From an uncultured Gemmatimonadales bacterium (lineage in GTDB: Bacteria; Gemmatimonadota; Gemmatimonadetes; Gemmatimonadales; GWC2-71-9), in NCBI GenBank assembly GCA_963771275.1, contig CAVYSW010000010.1:736001-800000 (forward strand): 64,000 nucleotides of DNA, in the 5' to 3' direction. Of this stretch, positions 56,149 to 64,000 are shown one piece after another (within the stretch, counting starts at the first letter, position 1; the number at the start of each line of letters is the position of its first letter). The notes beneath the pieces were generated by a model. It saw only the letters and a list, made by a program, of their open reading frames with translations. It did not search any database and was not told the DNA's origin. Made by a program: the position numbers and the translations under genes.

Positions 56149-57171
56149 TCACTCCACGAACTGCGCCAGGAAGCGCATGTCGTTCTGGTAGAGCATCCGG
56201 ATGTCCGGAATGCCGTAGCGCACGAGCGCCATCCGGGCCGGCCCCATGCCGAAGGCGTATCCCGTGTAGCGCTCGGCGTCGACGCCGCAGGTCTCGAACA
56301 CGGCCGGGTGCACCATCCCCGCACCCATGATCTCCATCCACCCGGTCTGCTTGCACGTGGGACACCCACCGCCACCGCAGATCTGGCAGCGGACGTCGAC
56401 CTCGGCGGAGGGCTCGGTGAACGGGAAGAAGGACGCGCGAAACCGCATGGGCGTGTCCTTCGCGAAGAACCGGCGCACGAAGTAGTCGATCGCCGCCTTG
56501 AAATCCACGAAGCTCACGCCTTCGTCGACCACCAGCCCTTCGATCTGGTCGAACACGGGGGCGTGCGACGGGTCGAACGGATCGCGGCGATACGCGAGGC
56601 CCGGCACGACTACCCGGATCGGCGGCGGGTACCGTTCCATCACGCGGGCCTGCACCGGCGACGTGTGGGTGCGCAGCACCACGCCCGGTCCGAGGTAGAA
56701 CGTGTCGTGCATGTCGGCCGCCGGGTGGTCCAGCGGGATGTTCAGCTTGGTGAAGTTGTAGGCTTCGGTCTCCGCCTCCGGGCCCACCACGCGCGCGAAC
56801 CCCAGCTCGCGGAAGATGGCGCAGACCTCGTCGACGACCTGAGTGATGGGGTGGAGCGCGCCGCGCCAGCGGCCGCGTCCCGGCATCGTGCGGTCCACGG
56901 TCACCGCCCGCACGGCGGCCGCGAGCGCCGCCTGACGCGCGGCAATCGCCTCCTCGAGCAGACGCTTGACCTGGTTGGCCTGCTGACCCGCCCCGCGGCG
57001 CTCCTCGGGCGGGAGCTCGGGGAGGGATCGCAGGATGGTCGTGAGCGCCCCGGCCTTGCGGCCGAGCAGCTCGGTCTTCAGCTCCTCGAGCTGGCGCGCG
57101 TCCGCGCCCGCGATCTCGTCGACCCGCGCCGCGATCGCCGCCAGCTGCTCAGCGAGCGAACCGTGCGCCAT
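56149..57171 (-). CDS. pheS: Phenylalanine--tRNA ligase alpha subunit
   Basis: HPAADMHDTFY, LRTHTSPVQ, FPFTEPS, GYAFGMG. Confidence 0.96.
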   Translation of the reverse strand: MAHGSLAEQLAAIAARVDEIAGADARQLEELKTELLGRKAGALTTILRSLPELPPEERRGAGQQANQVKRLLEEAIAARQAALAAAVRAVTVDRTMPGRGRWRGALHPITQVVDEVCAIFRELGFARVVGPEAETEAYNFTKLNIPLDHPAADMHDTFYLGPGVVLRTHTSPVQARVMERYPPPIRVVVPGLAYRRDPFDPSHAPVFDQIEGLVVDEGVSFVDFKAAIDYFVRRFFAKDTPMRFRASFFPFTEPSAEVDVRCQICGGGGCPTCKQTGWMEIMGAGMVHPAVFETCGVDAERYTGYAFGMGPARMALVRYGIPDIRMLYQNDMRFLAQFVE

Positions 57172-57202
57172 GAATGCGGCCCGTGGGCCGGGGCTCCCCG
57201 GC

Positions 57203-57556
57203 CTACTTGCCCTTCTTGGCGACGGCGGCCAGTTCCCCGAACGCGGCCGGGTCGCTCACGGCGAGCTCGGCCAGGATCTTCCGGTTGATCACCACGCCGG
57301 CGTCCTTGAGTCCGGCCATGAACCGGCTGTAGGACAGGTCGTGCTCGCGAGCCGCGGCGTTGATCCGCACGATCCACAGGCTGCGGAACTCCCGCTTCTT
57401 GGTCCGGCGGTCCCGGTACGCGTACCGCATGGCCCGCTCGACCGTTTCCTTGGCCGTCTTGTACAGCTTGCTGCGAGCCCCACGCGCCCCCTTGGCGGCG
57501 CGCAGGATCTTGTTGCGGCGCTTGAGACGCGCCACCGTCGTCTTGACTCGTGCCAT
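57203..57556 (-). CDS. rplT: 50S ribosomal protein L20
   Basis: MARVK...[23 protein letters not shown]. Confidence 0.97.
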   Translation of the reverse strand: MARVKTTVARLKRRNKILRAAKGARGARSKLYKTAKETVERAMRYAYRDRRTKKREFRSLWIVRINAAAREHDLSYSRFMAGLKDAGVVINRKILAELAVSDPAAFGELAAVAKKGK

Positions 57557-57566
57557 GGTGCCTCCG

Positions 57567-57761
57567 CTACGCCTGGAGCAGGCGCCGGATGCGCCCCTCG
57601 TCCGCCTTCGACAACGTGGTTCCATGCCGCAGGCGGCGCTTCCGCTTCGCATCCTTCTTCGTCAGGATGTGACTCTTGAAGGCGCGAAACCGGCGGACCT
57701 TGCCCGTGCCGGTCAGCTTGAAGCGCTTTACCGCAGCGCGCTTGGTCTTCTTCTTTGGCAT
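57567..57761 (-). CDS. rpmI: 50S ribosomal protein L35
   Basis: [21 protein letters not shown]...HILTKK. Confidence 0.97.
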   Translation of the reverse strand: MPKKKTKRAAVKRFKLTGTGKVRRFRAFKSHILTKKDAKRKRRLRHGTTLSKADEGRIRRLLQA

Positions 57762-57771
57762 TGCCTCAGTC

Positions 57772-58293
57772 TCACTTTGGTGCCAGCACCATCGTCATGT
57801 TCCGGCCTTCGAGCTTCGGCTCGGATTCCACCTTCGCGACTTCCTTGACCTCCTCGAAGACGCGGAACAACACCTGACGCCCGAGCTCGGGATGCGTGAC
57901 CTGCCGCCCGCGGAACATCATGGTGAGCTTCACCTTGTTGCCCTCTTCCAGGAACTGCCGCGCGTGGCGGGTCTTGAAGTCGAAATCGTGATCGTCAATC
58001 CCCGGCCGATACTTCACTTCCTTGATCTGAATGATGTGCTGCTTCTTCTTGGCCGCCCGAGCCGCCTTGGCCTGCTCGAACTTGAACTTGCCGTAGTCCA
58101 TGATCTTCACGACGGGCGGCCGCGCCGTCGGTGCGACCTCGACCAGGTCGAGCGCCCGTTCGTTCGCGAGGCGGAACGCCTCATCGAGCGGCACGATGCC
58201 GACCTGCGAACCGTCCGCGTCAACCAGCCGGACGGGACTGATGCGGATCATGCGATTGACCCGAATCCGCTGTTCCTGACTCTCGCTCGGTAT
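57772..58293 (-). CDS. infC: Translation initiation factor IF-3, non-canonical start (ATA 58293 or CTG 58299)
   Basis: [25 protein letters not shown]; frame stays open upstream of ATG 58251 (RVNRMI) to ATA/CTG after GGAGGAGG. Confidence 0.93.
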   Translation of the reverse strand: MPSESQEQRIRVNRMIRISPVRLVDADGSQVGIVPLDEAFRLANERALDLVEVAPTARPPVVKIMDYGKFKFEQAKAARAAKKKQHIIQIKEVKYRPGIDDHDFDFKTRHARQFLEEGNKVKLTMMFRGRQVTHPELGRQVLFRVFEEVKEVAKVESEPKLEGRNMTMVLAPK

Positions 58294-58328
58294 CGCCAGT
58301 TCGTCCTCCTCCCAGTGGGGTGGGCTAC

Positions 58329-58470
58329 AAAAAAACGGACTCCACCACCCTCATGGAATCCGCACGCCCGCGATCAACTCCGGTCCGCGGGGCTACTCAC
58401 GGAACCCTGAACGCGCACCGGCTAGCGGTGGCAGGAGGGTGAAGCGCTAACGCGCTTGCTTGCTTCAATT
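58329..58470 (-). ncRNA. Structured attenuator-like leader of infC-rpmI-rplT (L20-leader-like)
   Basis: Hairpin AAGCGC-GTTA-GCGCTT, CACCCT...AGGGT helix, intrinsic terminator GCGGATTCCA-N9-TGGAGTCCG-T7 (58329-58363). Confidence 0.7.
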
Positions 58471-58476
58471 TGCGTC

Positions 58477-58505
58477 AAGCTACCCCGGCTCCGCCGGAGT
58501 GTCAA
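58477..58505 (-). promoter_or_regulatory. Sigma-70 promoter of infC operon
   Basis: Minus strand TTGACA-N17-TAGCTT. Confidence 0.75.
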
Positions 58506-59403
58506 GCGGCACGAACTCGTATCCCCGCGTCCCGAGCTCGACGCGCCCGATCCCCGGTCCGGGCTCGTGCTCGAAGATCAGCACCCACCGGTCGCGCTCG
58601 GCGCGGGCGAGGAACCGCCGCTTGGTCTCGAGGGTGACCAGGGGGTGCAGGTCGTACCCCATGATCCAGGGCAGCGGCAGATGTGCCACCGTCGGGATCA
58701 GGTCGCCAATGAAGCAGCCGGTCTCCCCGGCGCTCTCGACGACGATGGACTGATGGTGGGGGACGTGCCCTGGCGTCGGGAGGACCCGAATGCCCGGAAG
58801 GACCTCCTGCTCCCCTTCCACCAGGCGCCAGCGGCCCGCCGCCGCTATCGGCTCGAAGTTCGGGGGGAGATAGCTTGCCGCGGTTCGCTCGTTGCGATGC
58901 CGCGCGAAGTCCAGCTCGCCCCGCTGAACGACATACGTGGCATTCGGGAACGCCAACTCGGCGGCCGCCTCTGCCGCTCCTGCCGCTCCCGCGCTGGCGC
59001 CACGTTCTCCACGAATCAACGTGTTCCCGCCCGCGTGGTCGAAGTGGAGATGTGTATTGATAATGTACTTTATATCAGCTGGCGTAACTCCAATACTGGC
59101 AATAGCATCATCGAGCAGAGTCGCTCCACCTGCTCCCCGGTTCTCCACAGCATAGATGCCGAGGAACTTGTCATTCTCCTTGTTGCCAACACCGGTGTCC
59201 ACAAGCACCAGGCCCGCCTCATGCTCGACGAGCAGGCAGCGCAGGGCCAACGGAATCCGGTTGCGGTCATCCGGCGGGGCCCGCCGCTCCCAGAGCGGTT
59301 TCGGGACGACCCCGAACATGGCTCCACCGTCGAGCCGTTGGCTCCCCGCATCGAGGGCGTGGCACGTGAGCGCGCCGATCCGGAACGTCTGAACCCGGCT
59401 CAT
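58480..59403 (-). CDS. MBL-fold metallo-hydrolase (YtnP-like)
   Basis: LDGGAMFGVVPK, THLHFDHAGG, TPGH, GDL, MGYD, FEHE. Confidence 0.9.
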   Translation of the reverse strand: MSRVQTFRIGALTCHALDAGSQRLDGGAMFGVVPKPLWERRAPPDDRNRIPLALRCLLVEHEAGLVLVDTGVGNKENDKFLGIYAVENRGAGGATLLDDAIASIGVTPADIKYIINTHLHFDHAGGNTLIRGERGASAGAAGAAEAAAELAFPNATYVVQRGELDFARHRNERTAASYLPPNFEPIAAAGRWRLVEGEQEVLPGIRVLPTPGHVPHHQSIVVESAGETGCFIGDLIPTVAHLPLPWIMGYDLHPLVTLETKRRFLARAERDRWVLIFEHEPGPGIGRVELGTRGYEFVPLDTPAEPG

Positions 59404-60251
59404 ATCTCCTGCACCCAGCCCGGGCCCGCCGTCTTCCGCGGCTTCACGGCGGCACTGACCTGGGTCAGCTCATCGATCGTGGTGGCTCCCAGCTCCCCTG
59501 CCCGGTCGAGCAGTTTCACCAGGATCCTGGCGGTGGCCAGGGCGTCTCCCCCGGCGCGGTGCCGGTTTTCGATCTCGATGCCGAAGTACCGGCTCACGGA
59601 GTCCAGTCCCCGGTTCTTGAGCCCGGGGATCAGCCTGCGGGCCAGCTTGACCGTGCAGACGCGTGGGCCGTCCAGCCTCAGGTCGCGGGCCCGGCGCACC
59701 TCAGCATCCAGGAACCGCCAATCGAATTGCGCGTTGTGGGCGACGAACACCCGCCCCGCCAACGCCGTCAGCACGTCGTCCACGATCTCCCGGAACGTCG
59801 GCTGGCCCCGCACCATGGTATCGGTGATGCGCGTGAGGCGGGTGACGATTGGCGGGATCGGCCGCTCGGGATCGACGAGGCGATCGACGACGATCTCCAC
59901 CCGCCCCCTCGGTCCGGCCAGCACGACCGCCACTTCCGTGATCCGGTCCTCCCCGCCGGCGCGCGACCCGGTGGTCTCGACGTCCACCACCGCGAAGACC
60001 AGGTCCTCGAGCAGGGTGGCCGGACGCGGCTCCGTGGCCAGGCGCCAGCGGCCGAGGTGGTCGCGCCGCACCCTGGGGTCGGCTCCCAGCAGGGCCGTGG
60101 CAAGCCGCTCGGCCACCAGCGTCGGTGCTCGCCCCAATCCGAGCACGTCTCGCGCGATCGCCAGGCTCTCCGCGGGTCCCGCCTGGAGGTGCAGCAGCGC
60201 CCGATCGAGCAGGGTGCCGATCGGCCGGGCGGCGAGCCCGGGCTGCGTCAC
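59400..60251 (-). CDS. DEDDh 3'-5' exonuclease (DnaQ/PolC-epsilon-like) with N-terminal extension
   Basis: VVDVETTG, AHNAQFD, HRAGGDA; GTG 60251. Confidence 0.88.
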   Translation of the reverse strand: MTQPGLAARPIGTLLDRALLHLQAGPAESLAIARDVLGLGRAPTLVAERLATALLGADPRVRRDHLGRWRLATEPRPATLLEDLVFAVVDVETTGSRAGGEDRITEVAVVLAGPRGRVEIVVDRLVDPERPIPPIVTRLTRITDTMVRGQPTFREIVDDVLTALAGRVFVAHNAQFDWRFLDAEVRRARDLRLDGPRVCTVKLARRLIPGLKNRGLDSVSRYFGIEIENRHRAGGDALATARILVKLLDRAGELGATTIDELTQVSAAVKPRKTAGPGWVQEI

Positions 60252-61480
60252 AGCGGGTCCCTCCGGAGCGGCAGCGTCATGCAGCGCGGGCCGCCGCCGC
60301 CGCGCACCAGCTCGGTGCCCTCGATCGTGATGATGGCGCGCTCGCCCTCCGCGATCTGCCGCTGTCCGGTGAGGAACTCCAGGGCCGGCACGATCGCGAA
60401 TCCCGCCTTGGCGCACTCGGCGAGCGTCTCCTCGTTGCGGCTGAACGCCAGGGCGACCCCCGGCCGCAGACACGCGAGATTGCAGCCGGACGCCCACTGC
60501 TCGCGTTCCTGCATGGTCCGGTCGGTCCCCCCGCACATTACCGGCTCCAGCACGAGGTCGACCGCCCGAAGGGCCGCGAAGAAATTGGGTATCTCGCGCA
60601 GGCCCTGATCACCCTTGCGGCGATGCAGCACGGGCAGCCGTTCCGGGCCGACGAAGTGCGGCGGGTAGACGGTGCACACCTCGCGATCGAGCTGGGTGAA
60701 GATCATGTCGAGGTGAATCGCCGTCCGCTCGCCCGGCATGACGACGACGATCACGTCGGTGATGCCGCCCCGCGCGAACACGAGGTCGCACAGGTGATCG
60801 AGCGCCGCCGGGCTGGAACGGTCGCTGAAGCCGAGCACCAGCGTGTCCGGCCGTACCGGGTGGACGTCCCCGCCCTCGAGGGTGTAGTTGAGCCGGCGCT
60901 CCTCGGAGCCGTCGTACAGGATCCCGGCGTTGGCCATGGCGGGGTGGTAGGCGAACAGCGCCTTGACGATCAGCTCCTCGCTCCACCGCGCCCCGTGCCG
61001 CATCGAGCCGATCACCACGTGCTCGCCGATCACGATGCCCACGTCCCGCGTGAAGAACAGGTTGGGCACCGGCGGCAGCGCGTAGCCGACCTCGTTCAGC
61101 GCCCGGCCGATCGGCCCGCCCTCCTCGATCGCCCCTTCGATGAGCGTCGTCACCAGCTGCGCCGTCGGCAGGTCGGAGAGCTGGCGGGCCAGCGCGTCCG
61201 ACGGCACGACTTCGAGCGTCCGGCCGATCAGGAAGTCGAGGGCCGCGCGCTGCTCCAGCACCTCCGCGAGGAGCTGGCGTACCTCGTACACCTCGGCGAA
61301 GCGCTGCAGCACCGCCACCATGCGCTGGTGCTCGCGCCGGGCGATATCGACGTCGATGATGTCGTCGTAGAGATAGTCCTCGCGCGTCCCCGGGGTGACC
61401 GCGAGCAGCTCGTTGCCGGGCGTATGAACCAAGACGGCCCGCAATGGGCCGATCTCGGAGGTGACGTTGACGCGGGGCAT
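60248..61480 (-). CDS. arcA: Arginine deiminase
   Basis: VTSEIGPL, LYDD, NLFFTRD, LEGGD, IHLD, GGGGPRCMT. Confidence 0.88.
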   Translation of the reverse strand: MPRVNVTSEIGPLRAVLVHTPGNELLAVTPGTREDYLYDDIIDVDIARREHQRMVAVLQRFAEVYEVRQLLAEVLEQRAALDFLIGRTLEVVPSDALARQLSDLPTAQLVTTLIEGAIEEGGPIGRALNEVGYALPPVPNLFFTRDVGIVIGEHVVIGSMRHGARWSEELIVKALFAYHPAMANAGILYDGSEERRLNYTLEGGDVHPVRPDTLVLGFSDRSSPAALDHLCDLVFARGGITDVIVVVMPGERTAIHLDMIFTQLDREVCTVYPPHFVGPERLPVLHRRKGDQGLREIPNFFAALRAVDLVLEPVMCGGTDRTMQEREQWASGCNLACLRPGVALAFSRNEETLAECAKAGFAIVPALEFLTGQRQIAEGERAIITIEGTELVRGGGGPRCMTLPLRRDPL

Positions 61481-61490
61481 GTGCCCCAAT

Positions 61491-62111
61491 CTAGCGATGT
61501 CTCAGCGCGTAGCTCAACGTCTCGAGCTCGAGGGCCATGTTCACGTGCTTCACGGTCACGTCCGCCGGAACGGTGAGCGGCACGGGCGCGAAGTTGAGGA
61601 TCGCCTTGACGCCGACCGCGACCAGTCGGTCGGTGACCGCCTGGGCGCCTTCGGCCGGCACGGCGACGATCGCGATGTCGGCCGGCCGCGCGGCCAGGTC
61701 GTCGTCCAGTCGCGCGACATCGCGGATCGCGACCCCCGCCCACCCACGGCCGATCTTGGCCGGGTCCTTGTCGTACGCGGCGAAAATGTGGAACCCGCGG
61801 CTCGCGAACTCCCGGAACTGGGCGAGCGCGCTCCCCACCTTGCCCGCCCCGACGACCACCACGGCGTATTCGTGCTCGAGGCCAAGGATGTCGCGCAGCC
61901 TGGACACCAGCTCGGGCACGCGGTAACCCATGCCCCGCTTGCCGAACGAGCCGAAGAACGACAGGTCCTTCCGCACCTGGGCGGCGGTGGTGCTCCCCCG
62001 CTGCGCCAGCGCCTGGGAGCTCACCGTCTCCATGCCCTCCTGCTCGAACTCCTCGAGCAGGCGCAGGTACAGGGAGAGCCGTCGGACGGTCGAGTCGGCG
62101 ATCTTGCGCAT
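61491..62111 (-). CDS. rex: Redox-sensing transcriptional repressor Rex
   Basis: TVRRLSLY, QVRKDLSFFG, GYRV, GAGKVG, ILNFAP. Confidence 0.96.
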   Translation of the reverse strand: MRKIADSTVRRLSLYLRLLEEFEQEGMETVSSQALAQRGSTTAAQVRKDLSFFGSFGKRGMGYRVPELVSRLRDILGLEHEYAVVVVGAGKVGSALAQFREFASRGFHIFAAYDKDPAKIGRGWAGVAIRDVARLDDDLAARPADIAIVAVPAEGAQAVTDRLVAVGVKAILNFAPVPLTVPADVTVKHVNMALELETLSYALRHR

Positions 62112-62117
62112 CTGATA

Positions 62118-62135
62118 TTGTGAAAGAATTCACAA
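62118..62135. promoter_or_regulatory. Rex operator
   Basis: TTGTGAA-AGAA-TTCACAA, perfect match to the Rex consensus TTGTGAA-N4-TTCACAA, 6 nt upstream of rex ATG. Confidence 0.93.
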
Positions 62136-62972
62136 TGTATCAGCGCGCTGGATCGCCGTCAACGAACTGAACAGGGTGACGAGGTCGCCCGGCGCGACGG
62201 TTTCCGGGCGGGCGGCCGGGGGTATTCCAAGTCCTTCGAGCAGGGCGAGCGCGGCATCGCGATCGATCCCGGCCACCGCCCGCAGGCTGCGGACAAGCTG
62301 CTTGCGCCGCTGCGCGAACAGCTGGGTGGTGAACCTGCGGAACGCGGGGCGGCGGGCCGGCGCCACCAGCGGCCGCTCCAGTGGGGTGAGCCGCAGCACG
62401 GCCGACTCCACCTTTGGGGGCGGCAGGAACGACCCGGCCTTCACCGTGAACAGCCGCTCCGCGCGCGCCGCCGTCTGCACCCCGACGGACAGCGCGCCGA
62501 ACGCCTTCGTGCCGGGCTCCGCCACCACGCGGTCGGCCACCTCGCGCTGCACGAGGAACACGATGACGCGGGCGCCTGGCAGGGTCAGGGCTTTGTCGAT
62601 CAGCGGTGACGTGATGTAGTACGGGATGTTGCCGATGACCTTTGGGGGAAGCGGGAACTGGGAAACGGGAAACGCGTCCCGCAGCAGGGCGTGCCAGTCG
62701 GCTTTGAGGGCATCCACGCAGTGCACGACCAGTGGCGCCCGCTTCCCGTTTCCCGTTTCCCCTCTCCCCGCGGCCGCCAGTGCCGTCGCCAGCCGTCGGT
62801 CCTTTTCGATCGCCACCACCGCGCCGACCCGCGGCAGCAACCGCGCGGTGAGGCTTCCCTCCCCCGGCCCGATCTCGATTACCGCATCGTCGCTCGCCGG
62901 GTCGAGTGCCGCGACGATCCGGTCGAGAATCGCGGGATCGCGCAGGAAGTGCTGACCGAGGCGGCGGGACAC
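62130..62972 (-). CDS. rsmA: 16S rRNA adenine dimethyltransferase
   Basis: LGQHFL, EIGPGEGSLT, GNIPYYITS, QREVA, FLPPPKVESA; GTG 62972. Confidence 0.94.
   Translation of the reverse strand: MSRRLGQHFLRDPAILDRIVAALDPASDDAVIEIGPGEGSLTARLLPRVGAVVAIEKDRRLATALAAAGRGETGNGKRAPLVVHCVDALKADWHALLRDAFPVSQFPLPPKVIGNIPYYITSPLIDKALTLPGARVIVFLVQREVADRVVAEPGTKAFGALSVGVQTAARAERLFTVKAGSFLPPPKVESAVLRLTPLERPLVAPARRPAFRRFTTQLFAQRRKQLVRSLRAVAGIDRDAALALLEGLGIPPAARPETVAPGDLVTLFSSLTAIQRADTL
62134..62162 (-). promoter_or_regulatory. Sigma-70 promoter of rex inside rsmA 3' end
   Basis: Minus strand TTGACG-N17-TACATT with extended -10 TG; -10 overlaps the Rex box. Confidence 0.7.
62644..62769. repeat. Paired inverted GGGAAAC/GTTTCCC heptamer arrays inside rsmA
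   Basis: 62644-62674 gggggaagc-gggaact-gggaaac-gggaaac-g and 62738-62769 cccgcttccc-gtttccc-gtttccc-ctctcccc. Confidence 0.8.
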
Positions 62973-62977
62973 CCCGG

Positions 62978-64000
62978 TCAGGCGTTGAGCACGAGGACGG
63001 TCCGGTCGTCGCGGCCCGCTCCGTTGAACGCCGCGAGGGCCTCGAACACCGCTTCCACAGCCGCTCGGGAGCCGTTGCGCCGCTCCCGGCGGACGACGTC
63101 GAGCACCCGCTCTTCGCCGAACCGATCGCCCGCATCGTTCCGGGCGTCCACCACGCCGTCCGAGCACAGCACGAGGCTGTCGGCGCCCCTGGACCACGAC
63201 GTTTCCGCGCCGGTGAAGGGCTGCTCCGGCGCGAGCCCGAGCGGGGGGACCGTTGCCTCCAGCCGCACGGCCTGGCCGTCGCCCCGGAGCACGAACGCGT
63301 GCGGGTGTCCGGCGTTGGCGTATCGCAGGGTGCCCGCCGCCCGGTCCGTGACGGCGTAGATCACGGAGAGGTACATCTCCGTGTCGGCGAGGTCGTCCCC
63401 GACCGACGACAGCAGCAGGCGCAGCACGTCTTCCGGCGACCCGGCTTCCTCGGCGTGGATGCCTGCGGCGGACAGCACCAGCGCCATGATCAGGGCCGCC
63501 GGAAATCCGTGGGATGAGACGTCGCCGAGCATCACGCCCAGCCGGTGCTCGGGCAGGCGGATGATGTGGTAGAAGTCGCCGCCCACCTCGTCCACCTGCT
63601 GGCAGCGCGCGGCGACGTCCGCGTGGCCCGCGTACCGCGGCCGGAGGAGCTTGAGCTGGAGGTCGCGCGCCAGCTCGACTTCGCGGCGCAGCCGCTGCTG
63701 TTCCCGATCGCGCTCGACGAGCCGCTGGTTTTCGATCGAGGCCCCCACCTGGCTCGCCACCGCCGCGAGCAGGCGCTTGTCGCCTGCGGAGAACGCGTCG
63801 GTGCCGGCGCGATCCGTGACGCTCAGGACGCCGATCGGTCGCGGCGGCGCCCCGGGCTGCGGGTAGAGGATCGGGACGGAAACGAACGCCACGCCGCGAT
63901 AGGCGCGGGTGGGCTCGCAGGGGGGGGCTTCGGCGCCACTCGTCGGATCGTGCTCGAGGAGGCGGCGCTCGCGGAACACCCGGGCCGCGACCGAGCAGTC
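62978..64000 (-). CDS. GAF + PP2C/SpoIIE-family protein phosphatase (5' end outside window)
   Basis: GAF tail (VPI...IGVLSV...FSAGD), ARDLQ, VGGDFY, GDVSSHG, NAGH, SDG, DDRT. Confidence 0.88.
   Translation of the reverse strand, partial: DCSVAARVFRERRLLEHDPTSGAEAPPCEPTRAYRGVAFVSVPILYPQPGAPPRPIGVLSVTDRAGTDAFSAGDKRLLAAVASQVGASIENQRLVERDREQQRLRREVELARDLQLKLLRPRYAGHADVAARCQQVDEVGGDFYHIIRLPEHRLGVMLGDVSSHGFPAALIMALVLSAAGIHAEEAGSPEDVLRLLLSSVGDDLADTEMYLSVIYAVTDRAAGTLRYANAGHPHAFVLRGDGQAVRLEATVPPLGLAPEQPFTGAETSWSRGADSLVLCSDGVVDARNDAGDRFGEERVLDVVRRERRNGSRAAVEAVFEALAAFNGAGRDDRTVLVLNA

Noticed and set aside
43814..57761. Long alternative-frame and antisense ORFs across housekeeping genes (e.g. 50744..53047, 54315..56330)
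   Set aside because: Expected stop-codon scarcity in high-GC DNA; the region is fully explained by canonical genes

Overview
High-GC (about 70% by eye) bacterial chromosomal window; gene content and protein style suggest Gemmatimonadota (inference). Left to right: (1) a giant (>3000 aa, running off the left edge) lipoprotein-like surface protein with about 23 tandem 105-aa Ig-like repeats and a +1 frameshift at about 1260; (2) an amino-acid/2-oxoacid fermentation operon (ADP-forming acyl-CoA synthetase, two fused 2-oxoacid:ferredoxin oxidoreductase subunits, a divergent alanine-dehydrogenase-family enzyme, a CoA-transferase); (3) a lipoprotein, a PAP2 protein and an S9 dipeptidyl peptidase; (4) a fadN-fadA-fadE beta-oxidation operon divergent from a TetR/FadR regulator, with palindromic operators between them; (5) a 9-kb signalling cluster with two histidine kinases, a CBS protein, a receiver domain fused to an SLC13/DASS transporter, receiver-only proteins and a kinase-less duplicate of the first sensor with its own copied promoter, but no DNA-binding output domain (the best candidate for an undescribed system); (6) tRNA-Leu(UAA), and feoB / small Cys-rich ORF / feoA; (7) FadL, SGNH lipase and a putative beta-barrel; (8) a long minus-strand housekeeping run (PP2C phosphatase, rsmA, rex, arcA, exonuclease, MBL hydrolase, infC-rpmI-rplT, pheST, zapB-like, zapA, rny, folD, xseAB, ispA, dxs, nadK, recN) with a perfect Rex operator, an attenuator-like infC leader and paired inverted heptamer arrays inside rsmA. 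No CRISPR array, rRNA, integrase or transposase was seen. All calls come from reading motifs by eye; no searches were run.
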